From the NCBI GenBank assembly GCA_036785375.1, contig JAWMAR010000023.1, forward strand, positions 5,022,001-5,086,000: a DNA stretch of 64,000 nucleotides, given 5' to 3'. The DNA is from Leucoraja ocellata. Its lineage: Eukaryota. The notes beneath the pieces are model-generated. The model did no database searches, was not told the DNA's origin, and worked only from the letters and a program-made list of their open reading frames with translations. This document shows positions 63,369 to 64,000 of this stretch, in pieces. A program made the position numbers and the translations under genes. Every line of letters starts with the position of its first letter. Position 1 is the stretch's first letter.

Positions 63369-64000
63369 ATTCAGATGTCCATCCAACATGTCATCGGGGC
63401 CCATTTGCACTGACTGCCTGGTCTGGATCTAAGGTTATGTTCATACCTGGGGATCTCTGGAGAGAGAATGCAATTTACACTTGCATGCTTAAAGCCATCC
63501 ACAACTTGTGAATGTTGAGAGAATTGGAATGCATCTGAAATGATGCACATTGTACTCCAGGAATCTTTTGTTTGTTATGAAATCAAAATTTAAATTAAAA
63601 ATAATCTCCATTGTGGGAACAAAATAATATGTTCCTTTACTGATTTGGTTTTGGGACAACACCAAAAACTCTATAATCAGATCCGAAGTGGATGATAGAG
63701 TGGTGAATTTGATTAAAATCTCAGTTGTGAGAACCTTTGAAAGAATCACAGGATCATGGGTATGATGAATAGGGTTGTCATGAGCCTACTACAGAATTGT
63801 CTGGAGAACCTACAACTCCTGGTACTTTGCAATCCATGTGCAGGCAGATTGCACCTGGATTATGGACCTGGAAATTTGACTTTAAATCCCACCGCAACAA
63901 CAGAGGAATTTATGTTTATTAATAAATCTGAAATTAAAAATGCTGATATCAATAAAAGTGATTGTGAAACTGCTGGTTCCTCATAAAACTGCCTGCTCAG

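Overview
This is AT-rich, repeat-dense vertebrate genomic DNA, most likely from a cartilaginous fish (skate/ray/shark). That is inferred from an HE1-type V-SINE, Deu-domain SINEs and the CR1, Rex1 and Penelope repertoire. I found no convincing host exon, RNA gene or CRISPR array. Every recognisable ORF is a retroelement remnant: CR1, Rex1/Babar, Vingi, RTE, Neptune-type Penelope-like elements (PLEs) and a possible very old R2-like RT. The window reads as a large intron or gene desert with one 240-N gap. The most notable signal is a family of PLE 3' ends carrying a minimal hammerhead-ribozyme motif (CTGAAGA-A-GGGTC-TC-GACCC-GAAA-CGTC). It occurs as (a) ~100-bp TSD-flanked insertions starting just 5' of the ribozyme core, (b) ~150-bp near-perfect palindromes that fold back inside ribozyme stem II, and (c) one TSD-flanked chimeric insertion with a permuted 48-bp copy of a junction 3.7 kb away. 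Hammerheads in PLEs are established; the clustering of breakpoints on the ribozyme and the permuted local copy are what I would follow up. All calls were made by eye, and boundaries of decayed elements are approximate.
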